DNA of 64,000 nucleotides from the human T2T-CHM13v2.0 reference genome, Homo sapiens (GCF_009914755.1 NC_060932.1); one strand, 5' to 3'; counted from the first letter of the stretch, positions 1-18,421 are shown. Notes: generated from the letters alone by a model not told the origin. A program made the numbers and translations.

Positions 1-849
1 TATCCAAATATTTTCATCTTCAAACTATTCCATTACTAGAAGTATTATCAGAAACTCTTAGCCTTCCCTTTTGGAGTTATCTGAATTTCGTGTTTGACTT
101 GGTTCAGTAGACTAAATGGAAGATATCGGAATATAAAAGAAAGGGTACATATTATTTATAAACAACATTTTGTTATTTTATCTGTCTTATAGTAAAAGGC
201 TGACAGAGATACTGTATATTCAATGACTGAGGAATCATGATTTCTAAATGTCTGGCAGAAACCTCTTTCATGCAATTCTAATTTTCATTAACTGTGTTAG
301 AGTGTTGGATTTACTGGCTCATGGCACTTGGCTTGAATGTTTTTGCTGAAGTTTAATTGGATTCAGGCAGTAGAAACTGTAAGTCAAAACACAGAAATAA
401 AATCACATGATATATTATTGATAAAGTCCACACCACACATGAAAATATGAACTGTTCCAGTGAGGAAAATTTCATGTTCAAAAAATTTAGAAATTCTATT
501 CCAAAGTGTTCAAGGTCATTCATGATTCAAGTAGGTATGCCAAGAACTATTATATCTCTATACTATTTCTTAAACACTACATACGCATCCTCAAAGGAGA
601 AATTACTGAATGAATAAATAAAACACAAATTATTGTGTTTAATGCGTCTTTTGATCAGTCACACAGCTCCCATTTTTGCTTCCACTTAAGAATAATAGCC
701 TCATCAGCTGATAATTCATGCTTTTAACCCATCTCTTTTTTAAGCCTTTCATAACACTTCCTCCCCACCTTTTCCTATTCCTGTCCTAACTCTTCTGGTC
801 CCTCTACCATATTTCATTCCCTTCACCAAGTGGCAGACAGTGCTAGGGA

Positions 850-1600
850 TTACTCACCATCCATTCTCACCTTCTTCTTTTTTAGCATTGATTTTGTATC
901 AGATATACATGTGCTAGGTTAAAAATACTCATCTGTCGGTCTCCCAAGTAGCTAGAGGTGAGCATCTGACTCAACTCTAGCCAATGAACTAAAAGCTGAA
1001 GTTAATTAAATGGGTCTTACCAAAATAATTGCTTTAATCAAAGTGTTGGAAGCAACTTTTGACTTTCATTCTCTCCCTTTACTTCTTACCTGGAATTTGA
1101 ATGCAGTGCCATCCTTTGCACATAAGGACTAAGGCCATATGCCAAAGACAGCAGAGTAAGAAGGAAATGGATCCTAGAAAGTTGATGATTTTTTTAAATG
1201 GCTTCTTGCTGCATCAGAAAAATTAAACTGCTATTTGCTTAAGTCACTGTAAACAGGTTTCTTTTTCCTTTTTCTTTCTTTCTTTTTTTTTTCTGAGACA
1301 GAGTCTCACTCTGTCACCCAGGCTGGAGTGCAATGGCGCAATCTCGGCTCACTACAACCTCCACCTCCCAGGTTCAACAATTCTCCTGCCTTAGCCTCCC
1401 AAGTAACTGGGATTACAGGCACCTGCCACCATGCCTGGCTAACTTTGTATTTTTAGTAAAGACGGGGTTTCACCATGCTGACCAGGCTCATCTAGACCTC
1501 CTGACCTCAAATGATCCACCTGCCTCAGCTTCCCAAAGTGCCGGGATTACAGGCATGAGCCACCGTGCCTGGCCCCCTTTTATGTGTAATCAAATGTAGC
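850..1600 (+). mobile_element. Degenerate ERVL/MaLR-type LTR (LTR16/LTR33/MLT1-like), interrupted by an Alu
   Basis: Motifs 'tagctagaggtgagcatctgactcaactctagccaatga' and 'tgcttaagtcactgt...ggtttc' resemble old ERVL LTRs; boundaries approximate. Confidence 0.45.
1262..1574 (-). mobile_element. AluS element
   Basis: T-rich tail, then 'gagacagagtctcactctgtcacccaggctggagtgc' through 'caccgtgcctggcc'; full dimer. Confidence 0.95.
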
Positions 1601-1874
1601 ATTAAAACAAAACAAACAGGAAATGAGTGATCTTTCTCTTTACATTAACATGTATATAAATGTTTAAACTAAAATCTTTATTTTTTCTTATACATCAATA
1701 AAGATTTTTTAAATAAGGGAAAACAAATATTCCGCCAAAAAAATTTAAATATACACAAAATTGTTAAATTTGCATTTTGCTAATTTTGTTTTTTGTCAGT
1801 TTTGTTGTAGTTATTTTTTTTGCCCTTGATTAAACAATTTTTTAATATTATATGCCATAAAAACTAAAACTTAG

Positions 1875-2418
1875 TTGTAGTGTTTTTTTTTAAAAAAAAA
1901 ATAGTGGCTAATTTTTTGATATCCCAGGGGACGTCTATGTCCTTCCCCTTTGAACCTGAGCAGATTCGTCGTGTCTTCCCTGTTACCAACAGAATTCAGC
2001 AAAAGGGACTGTGTGATTTCCAAACATGGGTCAGCAAGAGCAATGCAGCCTCAACTTTGTTTGCCTGAACACTTGCACTTAGAGCCCTGGGTTACCCAGT
2101 AAGAAATCCAACTACTCTATAGCCACCGTTCTACAAGGATGCCACATGGAGAGGCGCTCCTATAAGGCGTCCTAATCCGAATTCTTCCAGCCCCAGAACC
2201 AGACAAAGGAGTGAACACGACTTAAGCCCTCAGCAACTGAGTCTCTCTCCTGGCCTTTGAGTTTTTTCACAAATGATCAGACGTCATGGAGCAGAGACAT
2301 GCTGTCCCCATTGTGACTTGTCCAAATTCCTGGCCTACAGAATTTGTTAACAAAATATAAAATTGATTTAAGATTAGATTTCACGATGATTTGTTTTGTA
2401 AAAATAGCAGCCACAACA
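1875..2418 (+). mobile_element. MaLR solo LTR (MLT1F/G-like)
   Basis: 'ccctttgaacctgagcag', 'gtgtgatttccaa', 'gccacatggagagg', 'ccaaattcctggcctacagaatttgt' match MLT1 motifs. Confidence 0.7.
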
Positions 2419-2731
2419 CTGGGGAAAGCTACTTCCCCACATTTAAGAATATGGAAAAAAAGAGATAAGTTTCTCAAAATGAAACTGACACACGTTAATG
2501 ACAGAAATGGTATCTGAGAGGAATGAAGCAATAATAAATACAAACAATATTTTACATTTACATTGTGTCTTTTGAGTCCACAGTACTCAGGACTCATTAC
2601 AAACTTAACTAACTCCCTAACAAAATACATAGAAATCTCATTTTATGTGTAGGGGTACTGAAATTCACAAGAAAGATAGTTGAAATAATCAGAAATAAAA
2701 ATCTAAAATCAAAAGATGACATTAAACTTTC

Positions 2732-4461
2732 TTTTTTTTAACTTTTATTTTAGGTTTCGGGGTACATATGGTTTGTTACACAGGTAAACACGTGTCACGG
2801 GGGTTTGTTGAACTTATTATTTCATCATCCAGGTATTAAGCCCAGTACCAAATAGTTAGCTTTTCTGTTCCCCTCTCTCCTCCCACCCTCCCCCTCAAGT
2901 AGACTCCAGTGTCTGTTGTTTCCTTCTTTGTGTTTATAAGTTCTTATCCTTTAGCTCCCACCTATAAGTGAGAACATGTGGTATTTGGTTTTCTGTTCCT
3001 GTGTTAGTTTGCTAAAATTTTTTTGTTTTTTTGTTTTGTCAGCTCCATCCATGTTCCGTCCACAGACATCTTGTTCTTTTTTATGGCTGCATAGTATTTC
3101 ATGGTGTATAAGTGCCACATTTTCTTTATCCAATCTGTCATTGATAGGCATTTAGGTTAATTCCATGTCTTTGCAATTGTGAATAGTGTTGCAATGAACA
3201 TTCACATGCATGTGTCTTTATGGTAGAAACACCGTAAGGTCAATTTATATTCCTCTGGGTATATATCCAGTAATAGAATTGTTGAGTCAACTGGTAGTTC
3301 TGCTTTTAGCTCTTTGAGGAATCACCATACTGCTTTTCACAATAGTTGGACAAATGTCTACTCCTACTAACAGTGTATAAGTGTTCCCTTTTCTCCACAA
3401 CCTCACCAGCATCTGTTGTTTTTTGACTTTTTAATAATGGCCATTCAGACTGGTATGAGATGGTATCTCATTGTGGTTTTGATTTGCATTTCTCTTATGA
3501 TGAGTGATATTGAGCTCTTTTTCAAATGCTTGTTGACCACATATATGTCTTGTTTTGAGAAGTGTCTGTTCATGTCCTTTGCCCACTTCTTAATAGGGTT
3601 GTTTGCTTTTCTCTTGTAAATTTGCTTAAGATCCTTATAGATGCTAGATATTAGACCTTTGTCTGTCAGATGCATAGTTTGCTAATACTTTCTCCCATTC
3701 TGTATGTTGTCTATTTACTCTGTTGATAGTGTCTTTTGCTGTGCAGTTCTTAAGTTTAATTAGATTCCACTTGTCAATTTTTGCTTTCGTTGCGATTGCT
3801 TTTGGTGTCTTTGTCATGAAATATTTGCCCATTCCTACATCCAGGATGGTATTGACTAGGTTGTTTTGCAAGGTTTTTATAGTTTTCGGATTTATATTTA
3901 AGTCTTTAATCTGTCTTGAGTTGATTTTTGTGTATGGTGTAAGGAAAGTGTCCAACTTCAATCTTCTGCATATGACTAGCCAGTTATCCCAGCACTATTT
4001 ATTGAATAAAGAGTCATTTCCCCCATTGCTTGTTTTTGTCAGCTTTGTCAAAGACTAGATAGTTGGAGATGTGCGGCATTATTTCAGGGCTCTTTATTCC
4101 GTTCCATTGGTCTATGCACCTGTTTTTGTACCAGAAACATGGTGTTTTTGCTACTGTAGCCTTGCAGCATAAAGTCAAGTAGCGTGATGCCTCCAGCTTT
4201 TTCTTTTTGTTTAGGATTGCCTTGGCTATTAAGGCTCTTTTTTAGATCCATATGAATTTTAAAATAGTTTTTTCTAGTTCTTTGAAGAATATTGTTGGCA
4301 GTTTGATAGGAATAACAATGAATCTGTAAATTACTTTGGGCAGTATAGCCATTTTAATAATATTGTTTCTTCCTATCCATGAGCAAGAGATGTTTTTTTC
4401 ATTTGTTTGTGTCTTCTCTGATTTCTTTCAGCAGTGTTTTGTAATGCTTATTGTAGAGATC
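2732..4461 (-). mobile_element. Older L1PA (L1PA13-16-like): 3' end of ORF2, 3'UTR and poly(A); non-inverted part of a twin-primed insertion
   Basis: T-tract then 'acttttattttaggtttcggggtacat'; minus-strand ORF fragments match the ORF2p C-terminus ([26 protein letters not shown]). Confidence 0.95.
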
Positions 4462-5700
4462 TCAACAAATCCAGGAATTGGTTTTTTGAAAAAATTAATA
4501 AAATAGATATGCCACTAGCTAGGCTAATAAGACAAAAGAGAAGATCCAAATAAACACAATTAAAAATGATGAAAGGAATGGTACCACTGACCCAACAGAT
4601 ATAAAGACAACCATCAGAAACTACTAAAAACACCTCTATGCACACAAACTAGAAAATCTAGAAGAGACTGATAAATTCCTGGACACACACACCCTCCCAA
4701 GACTGAGCCAGGAAGAAATTGATTCCCTTAACAGACCAATGATGGGCTCCAAAATTGAATCAGTAATAAATAGCCTACCAACCAAAAAAAAAGCCCAGGA
4801 CCTGATGGAGTCACAGCCAAATTCTACCAGATGTACAAAGAAGAGCTGGTTCCATTCCTACAGAAACTGTTCCAAGAAAGTGAGGAGGAGGGACTACTCT
4901 TCAACTCATTCTATGAGGTCAGCTTCATCTTGATACCAAAACCTGGTGGAGACACAAGAAACAAGAAAACTTCAGGCCAATATCCTTGATGAATATTGAT
5001 GCAAAAATCTTCAGCAAATTACTTGCAAACTGAATACAGAAGTGCATCGAAAAGTTAATCCACTAGGATCAAGTAGGCTTCATCCCTGGGATGCAAGTTT
5101 GGTTCAACATATGCAAATCAATAAATGTGATACATCACATAAACAGAACTAAAGACAAAAACCACGTGATCATCTCAATAGATGCAGAGAAGGCTTTTGA
5201 CAAAATTTAACATCTCTTCATGTTAAAATCTCTCAATGAACTATGTATTGAAGGAAAATACCTCAAAATAATAAGAGCCATTTATGACAAGCCCACAGCC
5301 AACATTATGCTAAATAGGCAAAAGCTGGAAGTGTTCTCCTTGAAAACCAGCACAAGAAAAGTATGCCCTCTCTCATCACTTTTATTAAACATAGTATTGG
5401 AAGTCCTAGCCAGAGCAATTGGGCAAAAGAAAGAAATAAAGGGCATCCAAATAGGAAGAGAGGAAGTCAAACTATCTCTGTTTGTAGGCAACATGATTCT
5501 ATATCTAGGAAACCCAATAATCTTGGCCCAAAAGCTCCTCCAGCTGATATACAACTTCAGCAAAATTGCAGGATATAAAATCCATGTAGAAAAATCACTA
5601 GCATTTCTATATATCCACAACAGTCAAACCAAAGAACCAAATCAGAAAGGTAATTCCATTCAAAATTACCACCAAAAGAATAAAATACCTAGGAATACAA
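4462..5700 (+). mobile_element. Inverted 5' segment of the same L1 (degenerate ORF2 RT region)
   Basis: [16 protein letters not shown]...[19 protein letters not shown]; degenerate TSD acattaaactttc (~2719-2731) / acattgaactctc (~5700-5712). Confidence 0.93.
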
Positions 5701-8700
5701 CATTGAACTCTCAAAACACAATCAAACTTTTAATTCAGTAAATAGCATTCCTTTCGAGAACAACTGATACTTATCCTCCTCTTACCTCCTCCCATTATAA
5801 AAACAGCAGCATCATTATGATCGTGATCATCTTTATTTCAACTTTTAACCCAAATGCTGAAGATACAGTTAATGAAATGCCATAGATTTCTATATCATGT
5901 CATGCATTTCTTTTATTTCCTATACTTAAGGTTTGATTTCACCTATTCCCACTGGGGATCACAAACTTTGTAAAGGCAGAACCAATGTCATGAAAACTTG
6001 ATCTATCACTTAGACTGCTACACTTAGCTAGACTATAATAACCCACATTGAAAATAAAATTTCATTACTTGAACCATTGTCATTCTTTCTATTAAAAAGT
6101 TGAAGCATACTGTCTAAATACTTTATTCTCTAAAAGATTTCCCTAAGCTTTTTATATTTATAACACAGAAGCATTTCTACAAGATGCTTTCAAATAATTC
6201 TGTATATTTCATTCCATTATTATCTTCCTTTTCTGCTTGGTTTGTCCAAACAGGCATGCAGATATAGACAGGGTATTGAAAACAAAGTGTCATGGAAACC
6301 AGACTCACTGACAGTCAGCCAAGTGCTTCTCTTTAAATCATTCCTTTGAAACAAAGTTGAAAATTATGAACTTTTTTAAGTCCTGACATTGTCCTCCTCA
6401 AAACAACCCACTTATGTCATTCCAAGGGTTTTGTCTACTGTCACGTACAGACAGCCTACATCCTCTCTGTGGCCTGATTGCTCAGATTGTCGTCAAAATT
6501 CACTCAATTCAGTATTTTTTAATATACCTGTCCTAAAATTGTGAAGCTACTCTCCACAAGTTTAGTATTGAAAAATTGAAATTAGGTTACCTGCTTTCTG
6601 CTGACCATAAAAGGTATAATTTTTTAAAATATGAGCATAGATTTTAATGGATTACATAATAGAAAAAAACTTAAAGACAATCTGGTAAATTTATTTATGT
6701 TAGCGATGACAGAAATATTACAGATTCAAGATTTTTTTTCAGTCATCACTGTAGCATTTTATTGGCTTGTGAAGGCATGTAGATTGTGCCAAGCTCAATG
6801 TGTTAGGTAATTGTTTGAAGGTTTAAGATTCCATATCAGTGGTTGAATTTTAGATTATATAGGCTTATTTCTTAATATATTTTAATCATTAGTTAGTCAC
6901 TACCTATTTTGATTTCTCTTACATGCTTTGAATCTTTCAAATATCTTTAAAAGAATTTGCCTTCTCTATATATCAGAAATAACTTTTAAAATATTTCATT
7001 AAAGAAATTAATTTTTCACAAATATGATTTAGATGAAATTAGTTCTCTTTGAGTAAAATGGGATTTTATCCCATGGTTTGTATCTAAGTTGATTTCCAAA
7101 ACAGTCAATGCCTTATGCTTTGTAATGTTATTGTTGGCTATTTATTAAGTTCATCTATTGGCATGACACTTCAATTTAGAAAACATAACAAAGTATATTG
7201 CTATATTTCATGAGTTAATACCTTCAGAAAGCAAAACACTAAGTAGTTAAGGGTGGACAAGCATTTGGAAGATTATTCAACTTTCTGACAGATTTGTTAT
7301 AATGGTTATGATAGTTAGTACTCTTGAGATCAAGTGCTGTATAATGGAAACATGTGTTTATTAAGTTTCTGTTGAGTGTCTTCCCGTGCTTTATAAGGAA
7401 GGGTGTGCTGCTTTAATTGAGACAGTGCCTAAAACAATACAATAACATTTTCTTACAATAAATGCCCTGACTACCAAATATAATTAGAGAATCTCCAGGT
7501 TTCCGCCAAAAAAAAAATCAATTTGGAAACATAACACCAGCAAGTCCAGGTATAATAAGAAAATTAACATGGTGGTCACTGTTACTGAAACCTAGATTTG
7601 TGAACTTTCTCAGATATCCTTCTCAAGTCCTTAATTCACCTACCTCTACTTACCAGGCTCCTACATTTTTATTTATACAACCTGTTCCCATGTATATATT
7701 GTAAGACAGGTCACACTGAACTACAGTCCATGGTATAAACAGTCTGTCTGTCTCAGCAAGATTTGAAGTTATCTAGGACAGGGACACATTTTTTTGTCAT
7801 CCTTGTACTTACAGCAACTAACACTGTATCTGAAATAGAGAAGACACTAATATATGGAAATGGAATGGAATGTGGTGAAGTAGAGCAAGATTCTGACACA
7901 AAGAGGCATGATAAGATAGTCTGTATGGAAGTATGTTATTGTTAAGATTGCTGTATCCATAACACATGCCACAAAGTTTCTTAATGCTTTGGCTTCACCA
8001 AAACTTACAAAATTTAGTAGATTGAAAGGTAATAGAAAGTACAATTATTTCTAGTGCCACTTTTTATTGTTTGCATATTTAAATTTCATAAATGTAATCA
8101 GCAATATAAAAAAGACAACATCGATTACCTTTTAGAGTAGCACAACTTGCTTCCACACTGCTATACAGGGATTTCTTTAAAAGACATATTGTGGGTCATG
8201 TTGATAAGCATTAATAAAATTAATATATATGTGGAGTTAATCAGCTTAATCAATCTGTCTTTCTTAGTAAACTAAATTAAATATGTACATTGTCACAGTA
8301 AAGGCCTAGTCAGGGAGATTATATTACTACACATCACGGTTTGAAAGCATGACTTCAAATGTAAGTAACAGCCATGACATGAAGTCAGTGAGATCTTGCC
8401 AGAGAGTCAGCACAATTTAGAAAATATTTGTTTCAGGTGCACTCAGACCTACCTATCATTCTCAGAAAGGAACACGGGCATTCTGCATACATACTCAAGG
8501 ATGTGGCTGAAATTTTACCCATTACTATGTTATTCAGGTCATTCCATTAAAATGAAATTTAAGAAATGTCACAACAGTTCATGTTACCTAATATACATTT
8601 TTTAAAAGAATAAAATTAATGTATGAGTATTTCCAGATTTTCTTTTTATTTAGCTAACTAAAAAGATTTCTGGAATGACCCATTTGATAGATGTATTTTG

Positions 8701-9479
8701 CTCCCCACCCCTTTTCTCCAGGGATCAACTCTTTCAGGCTTTGTAATATGAAACTGAGCAAAAAATGAGGAGAGGCAGAGGGAAACTAGGCTTATAAAGT
8801 TTGGGAGGGGTGGAATTTATCAGACAATTTGGGATATGAGGCATAGGACTTCTCATGTGTAAGGGAAACAGATAAGAGAGAATGGTTTTTCTTTTTAAGT
8901 GTTATTCTCATCTATTTATTCTTCCCCACCCAGTCCCTTCACAGTTTTTAGAAAATCAAATAAAGAACTCTAAGATTGGAGGACTGTGAAGCCCACCTTT
9001 TAAGGATTACAATGCATAACAATAAAGAACAGAGGGTTTATATAATCAAGATTCCTCAGGATAAGTACATTCCACAAGACTTCTGAAGAGGCAGCATTAT
9101 ATTACAGAAAGAAAATCCATGATAGGAAGTCAAATAAACTTCAGTTTCAAACCTGTTTCTCCTACCTACTCATTATATAACATTGAGCATGTTACTCTCC
9201 TCCTCCAGAGATAATACTGAGGTTATGCAATCAAAATACATGTAATCCAAATATATACAATTGAAATATTATATAGAAAGAGCATGATTCATACTCAGGT
9301 TGTCGTTAAAAGCCTGTTAATTCTAATCGTGAAGCATCAATTGTCAATAAAGATACCCTTATACTATTAGCTTGGAGCAAAATTAATTGCTGTTTTTGCC
9401 ATATTTTCTCACTGAGCTTTTTGTCAATTGCTGAAAATAATGTGTATTTCAGGAATATAATTAACAGTAGCACTCTATA

Positions 9480-9690
9480 GCATTTGCAGCATAAAAAGCA
9501 CTTTTTACAACTTTTTTATTTGAGTCTTACCACAACTCTGTTAGGTATGACTCAGTATAAATAGCCCTAATATATAGATAACCTGAGGCTCAAAGAAGTA
9601 AAGGAGTTTGTACAAAGCCAGCCAGCCAGTAAGTAAAAGAGTTGAGGCTTGCATCCAAATCATCTGAACCTAACTTCTATGATATTTCCA
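9480..9690. mobile_element. MIR fragment
   Basis: 'acctgaggctcaaagaagtaaaggagtttgtacaaagcca' resembles the MIR core. Confidence 0.55.
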
Positions 9691-9999
9691 CCAAATCACC
9701 ACAGTTGCAATGAGGCTATATCATATGAAATGCAATAAAGATATAAAGATAGAACTTAGGTTCTATCAGAAGAAGCTGATCTACAGCATGCAATATCAAA
9801 GGAAAACTTCCACTACCAGAAATTGTTGATACAATCTCTGTGGGATTCTCTAAGCAGAAAAGCAGTGTCATTCCATCTGTACAGAGGAAATATACAGCTT
9901 CACAGGACAGGTGTGTTTGCATAAGGAAATAAATATCAATGACCTTGCTACTTCTGTGCCTAACCCCAGCCCCTCTACCTCTTTTCCTGGCTACATATT

Positions 10000-10260
10000 A
10001 AGTGTGTTTTAAAATTCAGTTTGAGCATCCTTTCATCTCAGAAGCTTTCTCTCATCCTTAACCCCACCCCAGACTAGGTTACAGGTCCATCTGTCTTCCT
10101 ACAACATGGTGTGCATAAGTCCATACAGCCCTTGCATGCACTAGAACAGGAGCTCAGTGAGGGACTTCTGTCTTGTTCACTCTGTGTTCTTAGCATGTAG
10201 AACAGTGCCAGGCATTTTAAAATGGGTGCTTAATAAATATGTGTAGAATGAATTAATAGA
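10000..10260 (+). mobile_element. L2 3' end fragment
   Basis: 'gaacagtgccaggca...gtgcttaataaatatgtgtagaatgaat' L2 terminus. Confidence 0.65.
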
Positions 10261-10579
10261 ACCTATCACTGCTTTTGAATTGCTCAATGTCTGGGTCATC
10301 AGTATACATATTCCATGAAAATACATGCTTTCCCATATCTGTGGATTCAGGCCCTGGGGTAGATTATGGCATATACAAACATTCCATAAGTATTTGTTAA
10401 ATAATTCATACTCAGCACCAGGCACTAAGTCTATTATGGACATTAACTCACATATTCCTCATGATACTCTAGGAGGTAGTTACTATTGTCTTGCCCATTT
10501 TTCAGATGAGAAAACTCAGACACAGATGTGTGAAATAGCTTGCAAAAGTTCACACAGCTTGAAAGTGGTAGAGCCAATA

Positions 10580-11432
10580 TTATCAAAAAGACCAAGAGAT
10601 AACAAGTATTGGCAAGGGTGTGGAGAAAAGGGATTTCTTGAACACTGTTGGTGAATGTAGACTGTTGCAGCCATTATGGGAAACAGTATGGAGGTTCCTA
10701 AAGAAATTAAAAATAGAACTACCTTCTGACCCAGCAATCCCTCTTTTGAGTGTATACTTAAAGAAAATGAAATCACTCCTCATAAAGATAGCTACGCCCC
10801 CATGTTCATTGCAGTGTTATTCACAATAGCCAAGATATAAAAACAGCCTAAGTGTCTCTCAGTGGATAAATGGATAAAAAACTGTGATTAACATATATAC
10901 ATATGTGTGTGTGTGTGTGTGGGTGGATGTGTATAATGGAATATAATTTGCCCTTTAAAAAGAAGGAGATCTTGCCACTTGCCACAACATCAATGAAACT
11001 ACAGGACATTATGCTAAGTGAAATAAGCCAGGAATAAAAGAAAAACATTATATGATCTCACTTACATGTGGAATTAAAAAAAAAATTTTTAGGTCAAGTA
11101 TACAGAAACAGATAATAAAACAGTATTACCAGGTTGCCAGTATTGGAAAGAGGCAGAAATTGAAAGATGTAGATCAAAGGATACAAAGTAGCAGACATGT
11201 AGAATGAATAATATCGAGATCTAATGTTCAATAGGATGATTATTAATAATATTGTATTCAGGAATTTTTGCAAAATGAGTAGATCTCAACTACTCTTGCC
11301 ACACACACAAAAAAAATGGGTAACTATGTGAGATGATGGAGATGCTAATTTGCTTCACTATAGTAACTATTTTACTATCTATATGTATCCAACTAGATTA
11401 TGTTGTGTGCTATATATATATAATTTATTTTA
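10580..11432 (+). mobile_element. L1MA (L1MA8/9-like) 3' end
   Basis: ORF2 C-terminus (QPLWETVWRFLKKLKIELPSDPAIPLL) followed by an L1MA-type 3'UTR; internal (TG)n at ~10903-10921. Confidence 0.88.
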
Positions 11433-11433
11433 A

Positions 11434-11612
11434 GGGGGAAGGAAAGAAGGAAGGTAGGGAGGGAGGAAGAGGGGAAGGAAGAGAGGGAGGAAAAGAGGAA
11501 GGAATGAGGGAGGAAGAGATGAAGGGAGGGAGGAAGGAAGGAAGGAAGGAAGGAAGGAAGGAAGGAAGGAAGAAGGAAGGAAGGAAGGAAGGTGGGAGGA
11601 AAGAAAGAAGGA
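11434..11612 (+). repeat. Polypurine (GGAA/GGGA)n microsatellite
   Basis: Almost purely purine tract with 10 consecutive GGAA at 11532-11571. Confidence 0.97.
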
Positions 11613-13607
11613 ATGAATCAGGACTAAGACTAAAATCCAGGCAGTCTAGCTCCAGAGTTCATACTCTTAACCACTCTGCTCTATTGAGTAAGTGCATTAA
11701 TGAACAAACCAACAAAATAAAGATATTACAATGATAAATGCAGTAATAGAGGCCTGAAGTAGTGCTACAAACACAGATGGGGGAGTAATTAATTCTGCCT
11801 GAGGATGGTGGAAACCTTCATATAACAAGTAGCATTTTTGTTCAGCATTGAAAAGTGAAGTGCACTAGGCAACAAACATAAGTATTTATTGTGACTTCAT
11901 ATGTCATTTATTGCAAACAATATTATCTATTTGAAGTCTAAAGTTTTAACAGTGTTTTTATTTGTTAGCAATATTAACTCTAGTCATCATTTTAGTTCCT
12001 CAGTCACTTCTCCTATGACGCAGGCCTCAGATTTTTTTCTAATTTCTTTGATAAAGATAATATTTGAGGGAAATGCAGACTTTTATCTTTGTGAGGTAGA
12101 TTGTTTTTGCTGATGATTATGAAATGAACTAGAACTGAGATGGAAAATATGAAGTAATTTTTTCTTCTCTGTGTCATAAGATTTGCTTTGGCTCTCAATT
12201 CAGAGCAGCTTGAAACTGTAAACTGATCACTCCAGAGACCACCCATCCATTTTACAAGGTTCATATCTGGTTTTGCCAAACTTCCATTTGAGACCATGCC
12301 CAGTCCTCAAAGGAGTCATGAGAAGGAAACTGAAGAAAAGGGGAGATAGGAAATGTGGCCTATTGTGTCCAGAGAGTGTGATAGGAAAATGGGAGTCACA
12401 GGGATGTCATGGACATGAACTAAACACCACCAGAGCAACATTAGGTGTCAAGTTCCCCAAAATGATTCCTACTGGAGGTTAGATTAGCTAGAGCTGATTC
12501 TACCTCTGCAGCCCTTTGGCATATTCAGGGAACAAGGCTTAGCTTGCAAGTGTACAGCTGCTGAGCTTGCAAAGGAATGAAGAAAAAAATGTGAAAAACA
12601 TCTGCAAGCATGTCATTCAAAAAAGACCTTGAGATAAGTTAACCCTAACATGTGAAAATCAGGACTTGGCGGACAAGTAAATTTTGTGTTATTTTACCCA
12701 GTTTCTGAATTGTGGAAGGAGAAAATAACATACTCAACTTTATCCCTCTGAAATACTTGAGTTCCTTTCAACTCTAAAGGTCACTGTTGAATACTTCTGA
12801 CAAATACTTTTTAAATTAATCTCCATAAAACAAAGCATTTACATTTCAGCTTGATACCAGAAAAACAATATCCTGAATGAGAAGTTTTGTACTACACAGC
12901 ATCAGTTTATATTCTTCTACAATGGAGTAAGATCACACATTGATCCCCTAGCTACACGCAGAAGATAATAAATAAAACACAAACACAGGACAGGCTGACC
13001 CCCAATTCGGCAATCATAAGCAAGCATTACCAGCAGGGCTACTGCTGGCACCATGGGCTCTGCATGATGTCATAATACAGTTCACTGTTAAGGACAGGAA
13101 GTAGACCTGGAGGACTTAAGATATCCATGTAGTTAAAATGATGCAATGAATTGTGGAAACATTAAGTAAACTTCAACACTGTCATCTTGCTGTTGGATAG
13201 TGCTCTACTTGGCAAAATACAATAATGGTGAAACAAGACCATTTCACACAATGACAACTGCAATAAACACAGTAAAACAGGGTGATGTGTGAAAGCAACT
13301 GAAGTATGTAGTACTTACATAGGACAGGGGTGGTTATTGTCATGTAAGATCTCTTGGGAAAGGTAATACTTCAGCTGTGTCCTGAACAATGAAGAACCAT
13401 AGATGTCAAGATCTGGGGTAATGAGATTATGGGGAGAAGGAACAACAAATTCACACAATTAGTGAACAGTAGTGCTGAAAACTTAAACTCAGTCTTCTAC
13501 TCTTTCCATTATCGGAATCTCTCTCTTTTTACTTAGTAAATGACAAACTGTGACCAATAGGTAACACAGCACCCATGAAGTCAAATTAAGGCTATCATAA
13601 TATTCTT

Positions 13608-17323
<3,716 letters not shown>

Positions 17324-17668
17324 TAATATTCTTATCTACCATCTTTTTAAAAAATCAGTATTGAAATTGATCATATGTTCCAATTAAGAGCTAAAATTTT
17401 CAATTTTAATCAATATGAAATCATTTTAATAGAAAATAACATGTATCCAAATTAAGGCCCGTATTTGATATTTAATTGCAAGTTTTTGTCCCTCAAAGCA
17501 TTTTTATGAAATTATTTGCCTTCCAGTGACACAAGAATAAATATGCAAGTCTTGAGTAAAAAGATAACTTCTTTGCTGTAAACCTAAAACATCTCTTTGA
17601 AAAAGTCTATTAAAAAGTTTAATACCTTAAATGCTAAAACCTTAATGTGACATTTAAGATAGTCTAGA

Positions 17669-17734
17669 ATGTATATATATATATACACACACACACATAT
17701 ACATATACATATATATACATATACATATACATAC

Positions 17735-17795
<61 letters not shown>

Positions 17796-17823
17796 CACAT
17801 ATACATACACATATACATATATA
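17669..17823. repeat. Compound (TA)n/(CA)n/(TACATA)n microsatellite
   Basis: Direct reading. Confidence 0.97.
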
Positions 17824-18078
17824 GTGCTTCATCCCCCAGTCTAAATCTTTTGGATGGGTATCAGAAATTGTCATCAAATGGAAAAAAAACCACACACACT
17901 ATTATATACAAAATCAAAAATGTCGAAAACACGAATTCAGAACATCAAAATCAAAAGATCTAGGAGGGTACCACTTCCAAGGAGATGGTACTTTATAGTA
18001 GAAAGATCTAGACTGGGAGTAAGTAGATTTGGCTTCTCATTTGACTGTCGCTAGCCAGATATAAGACCTTGGAAAACT

Positions 18079-18421
<343 letters not shown>

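Larger units (their letters stand above)
10400..11685. mobile_element. MIR split by the L1MA insertion (halves ~10400-10577 and ~11615-11685)
   Basis: 'cccattttttcagatgagaaaactcagacacaga...gtggtagagcc' resumes as 'aaatccaggcagtctagctccagagttcatactcttaaccact'. Confidence 0.65.

Noticed and set aside
11333-11734. 133-aa charged (GRKE-repeat) ORF
   Set aside because: Translation of the GGAA microsatellite
12800-13250. Segment that reads like an mRNA 3'UTR on the minus strand (possible retrocopy)
   Set aside because: No clear poly(A), TSD or identifiable parent; needs BLAST
17584-17895. Cys-Ile repeat ORF
   Set aside because: Translation of the (TATATG)n microsatellite
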